Assembly (NCBI GenBank): GCA_037439785.1
Contig: JBBIVJ010000001.1
Location: 33,114-97,113 of the forward strand
From: Verrucomicrobiales bacterium
GTDB taxonomy: Bacteria > Verrucomicrobiota > Verrucomicrobiia > Limisphaerales > J093
Direction: 5' to 3'
DNA: 64,000 nt
Under the pieces are notes generated by a model that saw only the letters and a list, made by a program, of their open reading frames with translations, was not told where the DNA came from and searched no databases. How positions within the stretch are numbered: the first letter of the stretch is position 1; each line of letters begins with the position of its first letter. Shown piece by piece: positions 8,925 to 18,649 of this stretch. The translations under genes were made by a program, and so were the position numbers.

Positions 8925-9119
8925 TCTGCCAGGCCCGGCGCTGACGGGGCTTCCCTCGCCGGTCAGCTCGCCACCTCGGTCTGCGCCTCCACTTGGGGGA
9001 AAAGCACGCGCCGCCTTCGGGTGGCAGCGGGGCGTGACCGGACTCAGCCCAATCACCGAAGTCGGGAGCACGCCCTCCCGCAGGCGTCGCGGGATGCGGG
9101 CTGTGGCCTGTTGACCACG

Positions 9120-9146
9120 AAAAAACCGCCCGGAGGCCGGGCGGTT
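9120..9146 (-). terminator. rho-independent terminator downstream of pnp
   Basis: Perfect 10-bp stem aaccgcccgg/ccgggcggtt with a 3-nt loop (9124-9146). On the minus strand it is followed by a T6 run (A-run 9120-9125 on plus). It lies 29 nt after the pnp stop. Confidence 0.7.
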
Positions 9147-9174
9147 GCAAGTACCGGGGAGGGCGTCGGCCGGC

Positions 9175-11538
9175 TCAATCACGGCGTCCGGCGCCGCGGC
9201 CTCCCCCGCCGCGACGGGGACCGCGCCCGCGACGGTCTCCGCCCCGATGAGGGCGTTGGGAAGCGGCGCGTTCACGGGCCGGAGCGGAGGCGGCGGTTTC
9301 TCCACCTTCCGCCTCGGCGCCCGGCTCGCCGTTAGCTTCGTCCGCTTCGGCCGACTCGTCCCGGGGCGGGTGTTCGGCAGCGGGCACGGTGGGAGGGGAA
9401 CCGGCGGTCTCCTTGCCGCGTTCGGCGCGGTCGCGCTCTTCCATGGCGGCCCGGCGGGAGAGGCGGACGCGACCTCTTTCATCCACGCCGAGGCATTTGA
9501 CCCAGATTTCGTCGCCGAGCTTGACGATGTCCTCGACGCGCTTGACGCGGAAGCCGGCCAGTTCGCTGACGTGGACCAGGCCGTCCTTGCCGGGCAGGAC
9601 TTCGACGAAGGCGCCAAATTCTTTGATCGTGACGACCTTGCCGCGGTAGATCTTGCCCACCTCGATTTCGGCACTGAGGGCTTCGACCTCCCGGCGGGCC
9701 GTTTCCATGCCTTCGGCGCTGCGGGAGTAGATTTGCACGGTGCCGTCGTCCTCGATGTTGATCTCGCAGCCGGACTCGTCGCAGATGCGTTTGATGTTTT
9801 TGCCGCCCGGGCCGATGAGGGCCCCGATTTTGTCCGGGTTGATCTTGAGGGTGAGGATGCGCGGGGCGTAAGGGCTGAGCTCGGCGCGGGGGGCCGACAG
9901 GGTCTGGCCCATGATTTCGAGAATCTTCAACCGCGCGACGCGGGCGCGTTCGAGGGCCTCGGCGATGATGGGATGGGGGAGGCCCTTGAGTTTGAGATCG
10001 AGCTGGAAACCGGTGATGCCCTTTACGGTGCCGGAGATCTTGCAGTCCATGTCCCCGAAATGGTCTTCCCAGCCGATGATGTCGGTCAGGAGCTGGTGCC
10101 GGAGGATGCCGCCGTGGGGGCCGGGTTCGGTGCACAGGCCGATGCTGATGCCGGCGACGGGGCGGCGGAGCGGCACGCCGGCATCCATGAGGGCGAGGCT
10201 GCCGGCGCAGACGGTGGCCATCGAGGTGGAGCCGTTGGATTCCATGATCTCGCTGGTGACCCGGACGGCGTAGGGGAAATCGCCGAGCGGGACCATGGGC
10301 TCAATGGAGCGCTCGGCCAGGGCGCCGTGGCCGATTTCGCGGCGGCCGGGACCGGAGATGCGGCCGGTCTCGCCAACCGAGAAGTTGGGGAAGTTGTAGT
10401 GGAGGATGAACTGCTTTTCGCTCTCGCCGCCGGTATAGGCATCCAGCTCCTGGGCGTCCTCGGTGGTGCCGAGGGTCACCAGACAGACCACCTGGGTTTC
10501 CCCGCGGGAGAAAAGGGCCGAGCCGTGGGCGCGCGGCAGGAAGCCGACCTGGCAGGAGATGGGGCGCAGTTGGTCCATGCCCCGGCCATCCAGCCGCTTG
10601 CCCTGGTTCATGATCAGGTCGCGCACGGCCTCCTGCTGGACATGGTGCATGGCGTCCTTGAGGACGTAGGGGGTGACCTTGTCCGCGCCGAACTGCTCGA
10701 CCAGTTTGGCGCCGACCTCCTCGCACACGGCGCGCCAGGCGGCCTCGCGGGCGAGTTTGCCGGGGGTGAGCAGGGCCTGGATGCCGCGGTCGCCGGCCAG
10801 GGTGCGCGCCACGGCGAGGATTTCGTCGGGGACGACGTTGAGCTGGATGGGGCGCTTGGGTTTGCCGACGCGGGCGGCCAGTTCCTTTTGGGCGGTGATC
10901 AGCGGCTGGCAGCAGGCATGGCCGAAGTTGAGGGCGGCCACGAAGTCGGCCTCGCTGATTTCATGGGCCGAGCCTTCGAACATCACCAGTTCGGTCTCGC
11001 TGCCCACGTACACCAGGTCCAGGTCGCTTTCCGCCAGTTGGGAGTGGGTGGGGTTGGCCACGAACTGGCCGTGGACGCGCCCCACCCGCACCGCCCCCAG
11101 CGGCCCGGCCCAGGGGATGTCGCTGACCATCAGGGCCGCCGAGGCGCCGAGGATGCTCAGGATGTCGGGGTCGTTTTCGCCGTCGGCGCTCAGCAACAGG
11201 CTCTGGACCTGGACCTCGTTGAACCAGCCCTTGGGGAAGAGGGGGCGGATGGGCCGGTCGGTCATGCGGCAGGTGAGGATTTCCTTTTCCGTGGGGCGGC
11301 CTTCGCGCTTGAAGTAGCCGCCGGGGAACCTGCCCACCGCCGCGGCCTTTTCACGGTAATCCACCGTGAGCGGGAAGAAGTCCTGGCCTTCCTTGGGGGT
11401 GACCGCCGCCACCGCGGCGACGAGCACGATGGTGTCGCCGAGCCGAACGGTGACAGAGCCATCCGCCTGTTTGGCCAGATGGCCGGCTTCGATTTGGATT
11501 TCGTGATTACCGACAGGGACTGTGATTTTTTCTGACAT
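9175..11538 (-). CDS. pnp: polyribonucleotide nucleotidyltransferase (PNPase)
   Basis: An internal ATG ([29 protein letters not shown]) gives 787 aa. Two RNase PH-like domains, a KH domain ([15 protein letters not shown]) and an S1 domain ([28 protein letters not shown]), plus a ~90-aa acidic/RGG tail. Confidence 0.95.
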   Translation of the reverse strand: MSEKITVPVGNHEIQIEAGHLAKQADGSVTVRLGDTIVLVAAVAAVTPKEGQDFFPLTVDYREKAAAVGRFPGGYFKREGRPTEKEILTCRMTDRPIRPLFPKGWFNEVQVQSLLLSADGENDPDILSILGASAALMVSDIPWAGPLGAVRVGRVHGQFVANPTHSQLAESDLDLVYVGSETELVMFEGSAHEISEADFVAALNFGHACCQPLITAQKELAARVGKPKRPIQLNVVPDEILAVARTLAGDRGIQALLTPGKLAREAAWRAVCEEVGAKLVEQFGADKVTPYVLKDAMHHVQQEAVRDLIMNQGKRLDGRGMDQLRPISCQVGFLPRAHGSALFSRGETQVVCLVTLGTTEDAQELDAYTGGESEKQFILHYNFPNFSVGETGRISGPGRREIGHGALAERSIEPMVPLGDFPYAVRVTSEIMESNGSTSMATVCAGSLALMDAGVPLRRPVAGISIGLCTEPGPHGGILRHQLLTDIIGWEDHFGDMDCKISGTVKGITGFQLDLKLKGLPHPIIAEALERARVARLKILEIMGQTLSAPRAELSPYAPRILTLKINPDKIGALIGPGGKNIKRICDESGCEINIEDDGTVQIYSRSAEGMETARREVEALSAEIEVGKIYRGKVVTIKEFGAFVEVLPGKDGLVHVSELAGFRVKRVEDIVKLGDEIWVKCLGVDERGRVRLSRRAAMEERDRAERGKETAGSPPTVPAAEHPPRDESAEADEANGEPGAEAEGGETAASAPARERAASQRPHRGGDRRGRGPRRGGGGRGAGRRD

Positions 11539-11760
11539 GGTCAACAGGAGGAGAACCCGTCGGCCTGGAGGAACTTCAGTCAACCGCCCGGTGGGGAAGC
11601 TGAATGAAATTTCCCGCAGCCAACGGGTTCAGGGTTTGGGTGCGTGCGTGGGGGTGCCGTCGCGGAATGGCGCACGCGGGGGGCCCTTCCGGCCGTCCCA
11701 CTGACGGGAGGCTGGGGCGCGAGTTGAACGGACAGCGGGGACCGAAGGCCAACGGGCAGC

Positions 11761-12039
11761 TTACTTGCGGAGGTTGAGTTTCCGGGTCACGGCCTGGTAA
11801 CGCTCGAAGTCGGCGGCCCGGAGGTAATCCAGCAGGCGACGCCGGTGGCCGACCATCATCAGCAGGCCGCAGCGGGAGCTGTGGTCTTTTTTGTGGATTT
11901 GCAGGTGTTCGGTCAGGTGGTTGATCCGCTGGGTCAACAGCGCCACCTGCACGTCCGCGGACCCCGTATCCTTTTCGTGGATGCGGAAGGCCGCGATCGT
12001 TTTGCTCTTCGATTCCATACCGTTCGAATCAACGTCCAA
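11761..12039 (-). CDS. rpsO: 30S ribosomal protein S15
   Basis: [50 protein letters not shown] matches the S15 core. It sits upstream of pnp as in the classical rpsO-pnp arrangement. An alternative ATG at 12018 (MESKS) is possible. Confidence 0.95.
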   Translation of the reverse strand: MDVDSNGMESKSKTIAAFRIHEKDTGSADVQVALLTQRINHLTEHLQIHKKDHSSRCGLLMMVGHRRRLLDYLRAADFERYQAVTRKLNLRK

Positions 12040-12180
12040 CAGAAGCTTGAGGCTAGGTTTCCGGCGGGGGGGGTGTAAAGCACATTCCTGGCCTCAGCCC
12101 GCACCACACCTTCTCCTTCGGTTGTGGCACCCCTGCCCTCCCTTCCATCGTCCCGGCGGTGTCCTGCCGCGCATGCCGGA

Positions 12181-13638
12181 TCATGCCCCGGACGAGGCCG
12201 CCCGCTGCACCAGCTCGTGCAAGGTCAGCCGCTCCCCCGCCTCGTGCTCCGCGGCCAGGAGGCGGGTGTACTCGGACCGCACCACGTCTCCGGGGGGGAG
12301 GGTTTCTTCCACGACATCGGGGCCCTGGCCGGTGCGCAGGGCCCTCAACACGTCCGCGGCGGTGATGTCCGCGGTGGGACGGGCGGGCACAAACGCCGGT
12401 TCCGCCCCGCTGACCTCGAGCACCAGCCCGGCCTGGCGCAGGACCTCGAGCAGTTGATTGGCCAGGCGCTGGGGCATGCCGGTGTGTTCGGCCAGCCGGC
12501 TCAGGGGCGGGGGAGGCTGGCCGCGCTCGAAGGCCAGCCCCACGGCGGTCAGCAGCCGCAGCGCCGCCAATTCCCGGCCGTGCGGGGACACCAGTTCCGC
12601 GCGTCGTTCCTGAAGGTAGGCGCGGCGGTTCTGGTAGGTGTAGGCCACCTGGGCCCCGAACAGCAGCAAGCCCCAGGACACGTACAGGCCGATCATGAAG
12701 ACGGGGATGGCGCCCAGGCTGCCGTAGATGCTGGTGTTGCTCACCACGCGCGAGACGTACAACACGCTGAACTGCTGGTTGAGCTGCCAGAGGACGCCGG
12801 CGACCACGCCCCCCACCAGCGCCGCGCTCCACGTCACCCGCGTGTGGGGCATCAGCAGGTACAACAGGGCAAACGCACCGGACAGGATCAGGTAGGGCAG
12901 CAGCTTCAGGGTCAGCCCCACGGCCGCCTCGCCCACCACGCCCAGCCGCCCCATCAACTCCCGCACCACCCCGAGGTAGGGACCGCTGGTCAACGCCGCC
13001 GCCGCCACCAGCAACAGCGGCCCCAGGCTGATGGTAAACCAGTATTGCATCGCTCGCACGTGCCAGGGACGACCGCGGGTCACCCCCCAGATGTCGTTGA
13101 AGGCATCCTCGATGCGGGCGAGCATGAACAGCACCACCGTCAGGAGGGCCACGACACCGGTCGCCCCCAGCGCGCCGCCGCGGATGTTGGCCACGTAGGC
13201 CATGATCTGGGCGGTGATGCGCTGGCGGGTTTCCTCGACCAACCGGGCTTTGGCCCGGGCTTCCGGGCTCGAGGGGTCCGCCCCGGCCACGCCCCCCAGG
13301 AGCGGCGCCGGTTGCGCGGCCGGCGTCACGCTTTCCACCAACCGGGCCACGAACTGCTCGATCGGTTTTTCCCCCTGGTGCCTGAGGAAACTGCTGGTGA
13401 TGCCGATGACCACCGCCAGCATGGGCACCAGGGCCAGCAGGCTGAAGTAGGCCAGGGCCGAGGCGCGCACCGGGCCGCGATTGCGGACAAAACCCCGCAC
13501 CACCAGCACCCAGAAGTGCAGCAGCCGTTGCCAGCGGGTCAGGGCGTGCTCGCCGCGACGCGCCAGGGCGGTATCGTCCAGCGCCTCCTGCGTTTCCGCG
13601 TGCAGTTGCCGCAGCTTGCTGACCGCGTCGCCGGGCAT
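12181..13638 (-). CDS. YihY/BrkB-family membrane protein with a C-terminal winged-helix-like extension
   Basis: 485 aa. N-terminal pattern RASALAYFSLLALVPMLAVV and multiple TM helices are typical of the YihY family. The ~130-aa soluble C-terminal region is (LSRLAEHTGMPQRLANQLLEVLRQAGLV). Confidence 0.8.
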   Translation of the reverse strand: MPGDAVSKLRQLHAETQEALDDTALARRGEHALTRWQRLLHFWVLVVRGFVRNRGPVRASALAYFSLLALVPMLAVVIGITSSFLRHQGEKPIEQFVARLVESVTPAAQPAPLLGGVAGADPSSPEARAKARLVEETRQRITAQIMAYVANIRGGALGATGVVALLTVVLFMLARIEDAFNDIWGVTRGRPWHVRAMQYWFTISLGPLLLVAAAALTSGPYLGVVRELMGRLGVVGEAAVGLTLKLLPYLILSGAFALLYLLMPHTRVTWSAALVGGVVAGVLWQLNQQFSVLYVSRVVSNTSIYGSLGAIPVFMIGLYVSWGLLLFGAQVAYTYQNRRAYLQERRAELVSPHGRELAALRLLTAVGLAFERGQPPPPLSRLAEHTGMPQRLANQLLEVLRQAGLVLEVSGAEPAFVPARPTADITAADVLRALRTGQGPDVVEETLPPGDVVRSEYTRLLAAEHEAGERLTLHELVQRAASSGA

Positions 13639-13665
13639 GATCGGGGGTCGGACCGGCCGGGCGGC

Positions 13666-14736
13666 TCAAGGCCACTGGCCGTCGGGCATGGGACGGGAAC
13701 GGATGAGGGCCGGGTCGAGGACCACGTGCCGGATGCGTTGACGCTTCCAGGTGTAGGTGATGTGGACGCGGCCGTCGGCGGCCTGGATGACCGCCGGGTA
13801 GGAAAATTCCGCGCCGGCCTCGCGCTCCAGTTCGCAGACCGCCTCCCAGCTCGAGCCTTCATCGGGCGAGACGGCCACGTTGAGCACCTCCCGGCCGGTG
13901 CGGCTGTGGTTGTACACCAGCAGCACCCGCCCGTCCCGCAACCGCACGGCGTCCACGGCACTGTTCGGGTTCGGCAGCACGGTGCGGGTCAGGGGCATCC
14001 ACTTGAGGAAATTGCCGGCGGAGCGGGATGCGTAGATGCGCCCCTGTTTGCTGCGACAAAGCATCTGGAAGCCGCCGTCGTAGGCGAGCAGGGTGGGCTG
14101 GATGGCCGCCACCGCGAGGGCCGAATTGAGGGCCGGGCTGCGGGACCACAGCCCGAACGGGTCCTTCGTCCATTCGAGGTGGACCCGCCAGCCGCGGTCC
14201 TCACTGCTGCTGCCGCACAACAGCGTGCCGTCGGTCAGTTCGAGCGGCTTGTTGCGCACCGGCCCCACGTGGCCGGCGGGCAGGCGGCGCACCCGCGTCC
14301 AGGTTTTGCCGTTGTCCGGGGACAACCGGACCATGCCCCACCAGCTTTCGGGGCTGGGCCCCACCTTGTAAAACAGGAGCAGGTCACCGTTGCGGCGCTG
14401 AAACAGCACCGGATTCCAGCAGGGGTAGCGGCGATAGCCGTGGTCGGTCACCCCGTTGGCCACCTCCTCGGGCACGCTCCAGCCCGTGCCGTCGTGCCGG
14501 GAAAGCCAGATGCTCACGTCCACCGCCCGTTCCTGCGTGCCCCCAAACCACGCCGCCAGCAGCCCCTCCGGCGTCTCCACGATCGTCGAGGCATGGCTCG
14601 AAGGGAACGGCGGTTGGTCCACAATGAAGCGGCGTTCCAGGATGCAGGGGTCGGTGGGCGGAGTGGTTTCCGCGGCGGTCAACCCCGCCGCCGCCGGCAG
14701 CGCTGCCGCCGCCAACAAACTCGACATGAATTTCAT
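13666..14736 (-). CDS. BNR/sialidase-like glycoside hydrolase (exo-alpha-sialidase family), secreted
   Basis: An internal ATG (MKFMSSLLAAAALPAAAG, signal peptide). Motifs SHASTIVETPEG, SxDxGxxW-type BNR repeats (SRHDGTGWS, SPDNGKTWT, SPDEGSSWE). Confidence 0.75.
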   Translation of the reverse strand: MKFMSSLLAAAALPAAAGLTAAETTPPTDPCILERRFIVDQPPFPSSHASTIVETPEGLLAAWFGGTQERAVDVSIWLSRHDGTGWSVPEEVANGVTDHGYRRYPCWNPVLFQRRNGDLLLFYKVGPSPESWWGMVRLSPDNGKTWTRVRRLPAGHVGPVRNKPLELTDGTLLCGSSSEDRGWRVHLEWTKDPFGLWSRSPALNSALAVAAIQPTLLAYDGGFQMLCRSKQGRIYASRSAGNFLKWMPLTRTVLPNPNSAVDAVRLRDGRVLLVYNHSRTGREVLNVAVSPDEGSSWEAVCELEREAGAEFSYPAVIQAADGRVHITYTWKRQRIRHVVLDPALIRSRPMPDGQWP

Positions 14737-14837
14737 AGGTGCAGGGGCGGAGCCTCGGGACGCCGCCTCCATCCAAGGCCGGTTCTAAGCAGCGCTGCCG
14801 GTGAATTCAAGCAAACTCGCCCCGCCGCCGCGGGCCT

Positions 14838-15743
14838 TCACGGCTCGGTCCCCACGGCCAGGACGTAGAAAAAGTACCGCCCCTGGCCGCGCAGCGCCGT
14901 AGCGTCCAGGGGCGGCGTCACCGAACCGGGCAACGCCTGGACCTGCCACCGCACCAGGTCCGGGCCGAACAACACGTAGTACATCCGCTTCGCCTGCGCC
15001 GCATAGTCGAGCCGCAACTGCTCCGGCGTCAGTGTCAACCGGCTCGACCCCGACTCCCAGGCCGGCAGCGGCGGCGCGACTGCTCCGGGATCAAACGCCG
15101 CGGCCGCCGCCCCGCGTCGGTGAATGCGCACCCGCTCGAGGGTCACCACCTCCTGCGGACTGCCGCTGGCACTGCCGGCGCGCTGGTTGATCAAGGCCAC
15201 CACCTCGTAGCCCGCCGCCACCTCCCCAAACACCGCGTGCCGGTCATCCAGCCAGGGGGTGGGCTCGACGGTGATGAAAAACTGGCTGCCGTTGGAATGC
15301 GGCCCGGCGTTGGCCATGGACAGGATGCCCGGCCGGTCATGCCGCAGGGCGGGGTGGAACTCGTCGGCGAACTGATACCCCGGTCCGTCGTTGCCCAGCC
15401 CGTTGCGCGAGCCGGCCTGGTTCATGAAACCCGTGATCACCCGGTGGAACCGGACGCCGTCATAGAACGGCTGGCGCCGCAGCCCCGGCCGCTGGAAATC
15501 CAGCCACGGCCGGCTGCCCTCCGCCAGCCCCACAAAGTTGGCCACCGTGCGCGGCGCCCCCTCGAACTCGAGCCGGCACCAAAACTCCCCCAGCGTGGTG
15601 CTGAACTGCGCGTACAAGCCGTCTCCCGTCGGCTCCGCAGCGAGCCCCCGCGAACCCGCCCACCCCATTCCCAGCGTCGCGAGCGCCAACCAGGCGGCCC
15701 GCGACCAACGCTTGCTCCAGCGGCAACAGTGCATGGCTTTCAC
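14838..15743 (-). CDS. peptidyl-prolyl cis-trans isomerase, cyclophilin type, with a C-terminal extension
   Basis: FHRVITGFMNQAG ... GILSMANAGPHSNGSQFFIT ... LDDRHAVFGEV are the cyclophilin signature. The GTG start at 15743 overlaps the upstream stop. An alternative ATG is at 15734. Confidence 0.9.
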   Translation of the reverse strand: MKAMHCCRWSKRWSRAAWLALATLGMGWAGSRGLAAEPTGDGLYAQFSTTLGEFWCRLEFEGAPRTVANFVGLAEGSRPWLDFQRPGLRRQPFYDGVRFHRVITGFMNQAGSRNGLGNDGPGYQFADEFHPALRHDRPGILSMANAGPHSNGSQFFITVEPTPWLDDRHAVFGEVAAGYEVVALINQRAGSASGSPQEVVTLERVRIHRRGAAAAAFDPGAVAPPLPAWESGSSRLTLTPEQLRLDYAAQAKRMYYVLFGPDLVRWQVQALPGSVTPPLDATALRGQGRYFFYVLAVGTEP

Positions 15744-16546
15744 GCAGTACCCCCGCGCGGCGGGGCCGGCAACCAGCGCTTCAGCCGTGACCCCACCCGG
15801 CCATTGTGGGCCAGCAGCTCATACCCCCCGGCCGGCAGCGGCCGGACCTCAAAGCGTCCCCCCGCACCCTCCACCAACAGCCCCCCTGCGGCAATGTCCC
15901 ACCAGTTCAGCCCGATCTCGGCATAAGCGTCAAAGCGGCCCGACGCCACATAGGCCAGGGCCAGGGCCGCCGAGCCCATGCTGCGCAACTTCCGCACCCG
16001 GTGCACCAGCGCCGTCAACGCCCCGACCATGTGGGCCATCGCCTCGAGCCGCTTGCCCGCCCCCAGCGCCACAATCGCCTCCTCCAGCCGCGACCGCGCG
16101 CTGACCCGGACCACCCGCCCGTTGAGGCGGGTCGGCCTGCCGCGCACGGCCGTCCACAACTCCTCGCAAAACGGGTCCCACACCACCCCCACCATCGGCT
16201 GCCACGGCAGACGCGCCGCCGGCACTTCCAGCGCGATCGAGACGCACGCGTGCGGAATGCCGTAGGCAAAATTCACCGTGCCATCAATCGGGTCCACCAC
16301 CCACCGCGGGCCGTCTGCCTCCCCGCGTGAGCCCTCCTCCCCCAGCACGCCCCAGCCGGGAAAGGCTGCGCGCAGTCGCCGCTCGATCAGCCGCTGACAG
16401 CGCACATCCAGCTCCAGTTTCAGGTCGTGCTGCGAGGCCGCCTGCACGCGCTTGGGCGAACGCAGGTGCCGGCGCATCAACGCCCCCGCTGCCCGAGCCG
16501 CTTCCACCGCCGTGGTCAGCGCCCGCCGAAGGTCCCTGGTGTCCAT
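15740..16546 (-). CDS. inositol monophosphatase-family protein
   Basis: An internal ATG (Met30) gives 268 aa. Motifs GEEG, WVVDPIDGTVNFAYG, WDIAAGGLLVEGAGG. Confidence 0.85.
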   Translation of the reverse strand: MDTRDLRRALTTAVEAARAAGALMRRHLRSPKRVQAASQHDLKLELDVRCQRLIERRLRAAFPGWGVLGEEGSRGEADGPRWVVDPIDGTVNFAYGIPHACVSIALEVPAARLPWQPMVGVVWDPFCEELWTAVRGRPTRLNGRVVRVSARSRLEEAIVALGAGKRLEAMAHMVGALTALVHRVRKLRSMGSAALALAYVASGRFDAYAEIGLNWWDIAAGGLLVEGAGGRFEVRPLPAGGYELLAHNGRVGSRLKRWLPAPPRGGTA

Positions 16547-16633
16547 GTCCGAGCCGGCTAGGCTGCGTCTCCCCCCGCACCACGTCCAGCCTTTAGCACC
16601 CTTTCCCCCCGGCCGAGGTTGCCGCCCCGGCAA

Positions 16634-17154
16634 CAGCCCTCGGCCAGACCCCGTCGAAGTCGAAAGTCAGGGTCGGTTGCCCGTTGCTGGAGGCGTGGGA
16701 GCGCGACCGTCTCGGTCGCTCCCGCCGCCGTCCCGCCGACGGGCCAAGGGTGGAACGGGCAACGGCCTGTTCAGCGGGGACCCGGGGAACGCGGTCCCTC
16801 CCCGTTGTGAGAGGGTCGGCATCCCCGTCGAGCCGGCCCCAAAAACTGCAGGCCAGAGGCCTGCACCACAACGCCAGCTGGCGAGACTCCTGCACCACAA
16901 GCGTGGGTCGAAGGTCGGTGGCCAAAAGCGGAGGGGGGGAACGCGGCCGCGCCGGCCGCCCCCGCAGCCGCCGCAGTGACGTGGCAGACCACCACTCCGC
17001 CGGCTCATGCCGGAGGCTACTTTCGACATCCGATATTCGGCATCCGGTCAGGTGGGATGCACGGCTGTCCCCCTCCGGGCCGACGGCGGGTCCGGCCGGA
17101 TGAATCAGGGTTGCAGGGGCCGGAGCCGCCCCCTAGGCTGCGCGCGGCCGACGC
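16634..17154. repeat. long non-coding spacer carrying GC-rich repeat modules
   Basis: No credible CDS in 520 bp. It contains acgcggtccctcccc ... agggtcggcatcccc, shared with 26033-26100. It also has a local duplication cctgcaccacaa(c/g) at about 16860-16900. Confidence 0.4.
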
Positions 17155-18024
17155 ATGAAGGTTTTCATTGATGGCAAGTACTACCCGGAGCGGGACGCCA
17201 AGATTTCGGTGTTCGATCACGGCCTGCTGTACGGGGATGGGGTGTTCGAGGGCATCCGCGTGTATCACGGGCGGGTGTTCAAGCTCAGGGAGCACTTGGA
17301 CCGGTTGTTTTGCTCGGCCAAGGCCTTGTTGCTGGACATCCCGCTGTCTCATGCCCAGATGACCCGGGCGGTGGTGGAGACCTGCCGCGTCAACCGCCTG
17401 CGCAACGGCTATGTCCGGCTGGTGGTCACGCGGGGCGTGGGCACGCTGGGGTTGAACCCCAACCGCTGCAAACGGCCGTCGGTGATCATCATTGCGGGGA
17501 GCATCCAGCTTTACCCGCCGGAGTTGTACGCGCGCGGCATGGAGATCGTGACGGTGCCCACCACGCGCAACCACCACAACGCGGTCAACCCCGCCATCAA
17601 GTCGCTCAATTACCTCAACAACATCCTGGCCAAGATCGAGGCCAACATCGCCGGCGTCGAAGAGGCGGTCATGCTCAACGCCGAGGGGTTCGTGGCGGAA
17701 TGCACCGGCGACAATCTGTTCATCGTCAAGGGCGGCCAGCTCCTGACCCCGCCCCTGTCCGCGGGCGCCCTCTACGGCATCACCCGCGCCACGGTCATGG
17801 ACCTGGCCCGCGAGGCCGGGCTGCCGGTGGTGGAAACGAACCTGACCCGTTACGACTTGTTCAATGCGGATGAGTGCTTCCTGACCGGCAGCGCGGCCGA
17901 GATCATGCCGGTGGTCAAGGTGGACGGCCGGACCATCGGGTCGGGCCAGCCGGGGCCGGTCACCCGGCAGTTGACCGAGCGCTATCACGCCCTGACCCGC
18001 GTTTCGGGCGAGCCGATTGTTTGA
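17155..18024 (+). CDS. ilvE: branched-chain amino acid aminotransferase (class IV PLP enzyme)
   Basis: 289 aa. FDHGLLYGDGVFEGIRVY, the YVRLVVTRG pattern, and AIKSLNYLNNILAKIEA containing the class IV PLP lysine context. Confidence 0.9.
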   Translation: MKVFIDGKYYPERDAKISVFDHGLLYGDGVFEGIRVYHGRVFKLREHLDRLFCSAKALLLDIPLSHAQMTRAVVETCRVNRLRNGYVRLVVTRGVGTLGLNPNRCKRPSVIIIAGSIQLYPPELYARGMEIVTVPTTRNHHNAVNPAIKSLNYLNNILAKIEANIAGVEEAVMLNAEGFVAECTGDNLFIVKGGQLLTPPLSAGALYGITRATVMDLAREAGLPVVETNLTRYDLFNADECFLTGSAAEIMPVVKVDGRTIGSGQPGPVTRQLTERYHALTRVSGEPIV

Positions 18025-18134
18025 GCACGCCGGCCGGGCGGCAGACCTCACCCGCCAGCGCAGGGCCCGCGGTCCGGGTTGCGGGTGCCTTGCTTGACTT
18101 GCGCCCGGCCCGGGAGGACATAATCCAGACGCCT

Positions 18135-18647
18135 ATGCTGTGCATGGTTTGCCAGAAAAAGGAAGCGCGGGTCCACCTCACCGACGTCAAGAACGGCAAG
18201 ATCAAAAAGGTGGACCTGTGCGAGGATTGTGCCCGGGCCAAGGGCGTGGACGACCCCACCGGCTTTGCGCTGGCGGACCTCCTGCTGGGCCTGGGCGCCT
18301 CCGAGGAACTGACCTCGGGCACGGCCGAGGGCCGCGAGGCGGCCTGCCCGGTCTGTGGCCTGACCCAGTCGGACTTCAAGAAGGCCGGGCGGCTGGGCTG
18401 CCCCACCTGTTACGAGACCTTCGCCGAAGGGCTGGCGGGGATGCTCAAGACCATGCACAAGGGCACGCGCCACGCGGGCAAGGTGCCCCGCGCCCTCAAG
18501 CTGGGCCGGGAGGTCCAGGAGCGGTTGCAGGCCCTGCAACGCCAGCTCGAGGCGGCCATTGCCGTGGAAAACTACGAGGAGGCCGCCCGCCTGCGTGACG
18601 CCATCAGGCACCTCAAGGACAACCCCGGCGCCATCGTGACCGGTTGA
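18135..18647 (+). CDS. mcsA: McsA-like protein (zinc-finger plus UVR domain; activator of protein arginine kinase)
   Basis: An internal ATG gives 170 aa. Paired CxxC motifs (CMVCQ...CEDCA; CPVCG...CPTCY) and a C-terminal UVR motif (AVENYEEAARLRDAIRHLK). It overlaps the mcsB start region. Confidence 0.8.
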   Translation: MLCMVCQKKEARVHLTDVKNGKIKKVDLCEDCARAKGVDDPTGFALADLLLGLGASEELTSGTAEGREAACPVCGLTQSDFKKAGRLGCPTCYETFAEGLAGMLKTMHKGTRHAGKVPRALKLGREVQERLQALQRQLEAAIAVENYEEAARLRDAIRHLKDNPGAIVTG

Positions 18648-18649
18648 CC

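Noticed and set aside
9145-11535. 796-aa ORF on the plus strand
   Set aside because: It is exactly antisense to pnp, whose translation carries unmistakable PNPase, KH and S1 motifs. The antisense product is Gly/Ala/Asp low-complexity with no motifs.
12124-14868. 914-aa plus-strand ORF spanning two genes
   Set aside because: It runs antisense across the YihY-family and sialidase-like genes and through their intergenic gap. It has no motifs and Arg/Gly/Pro/His-rich composition.
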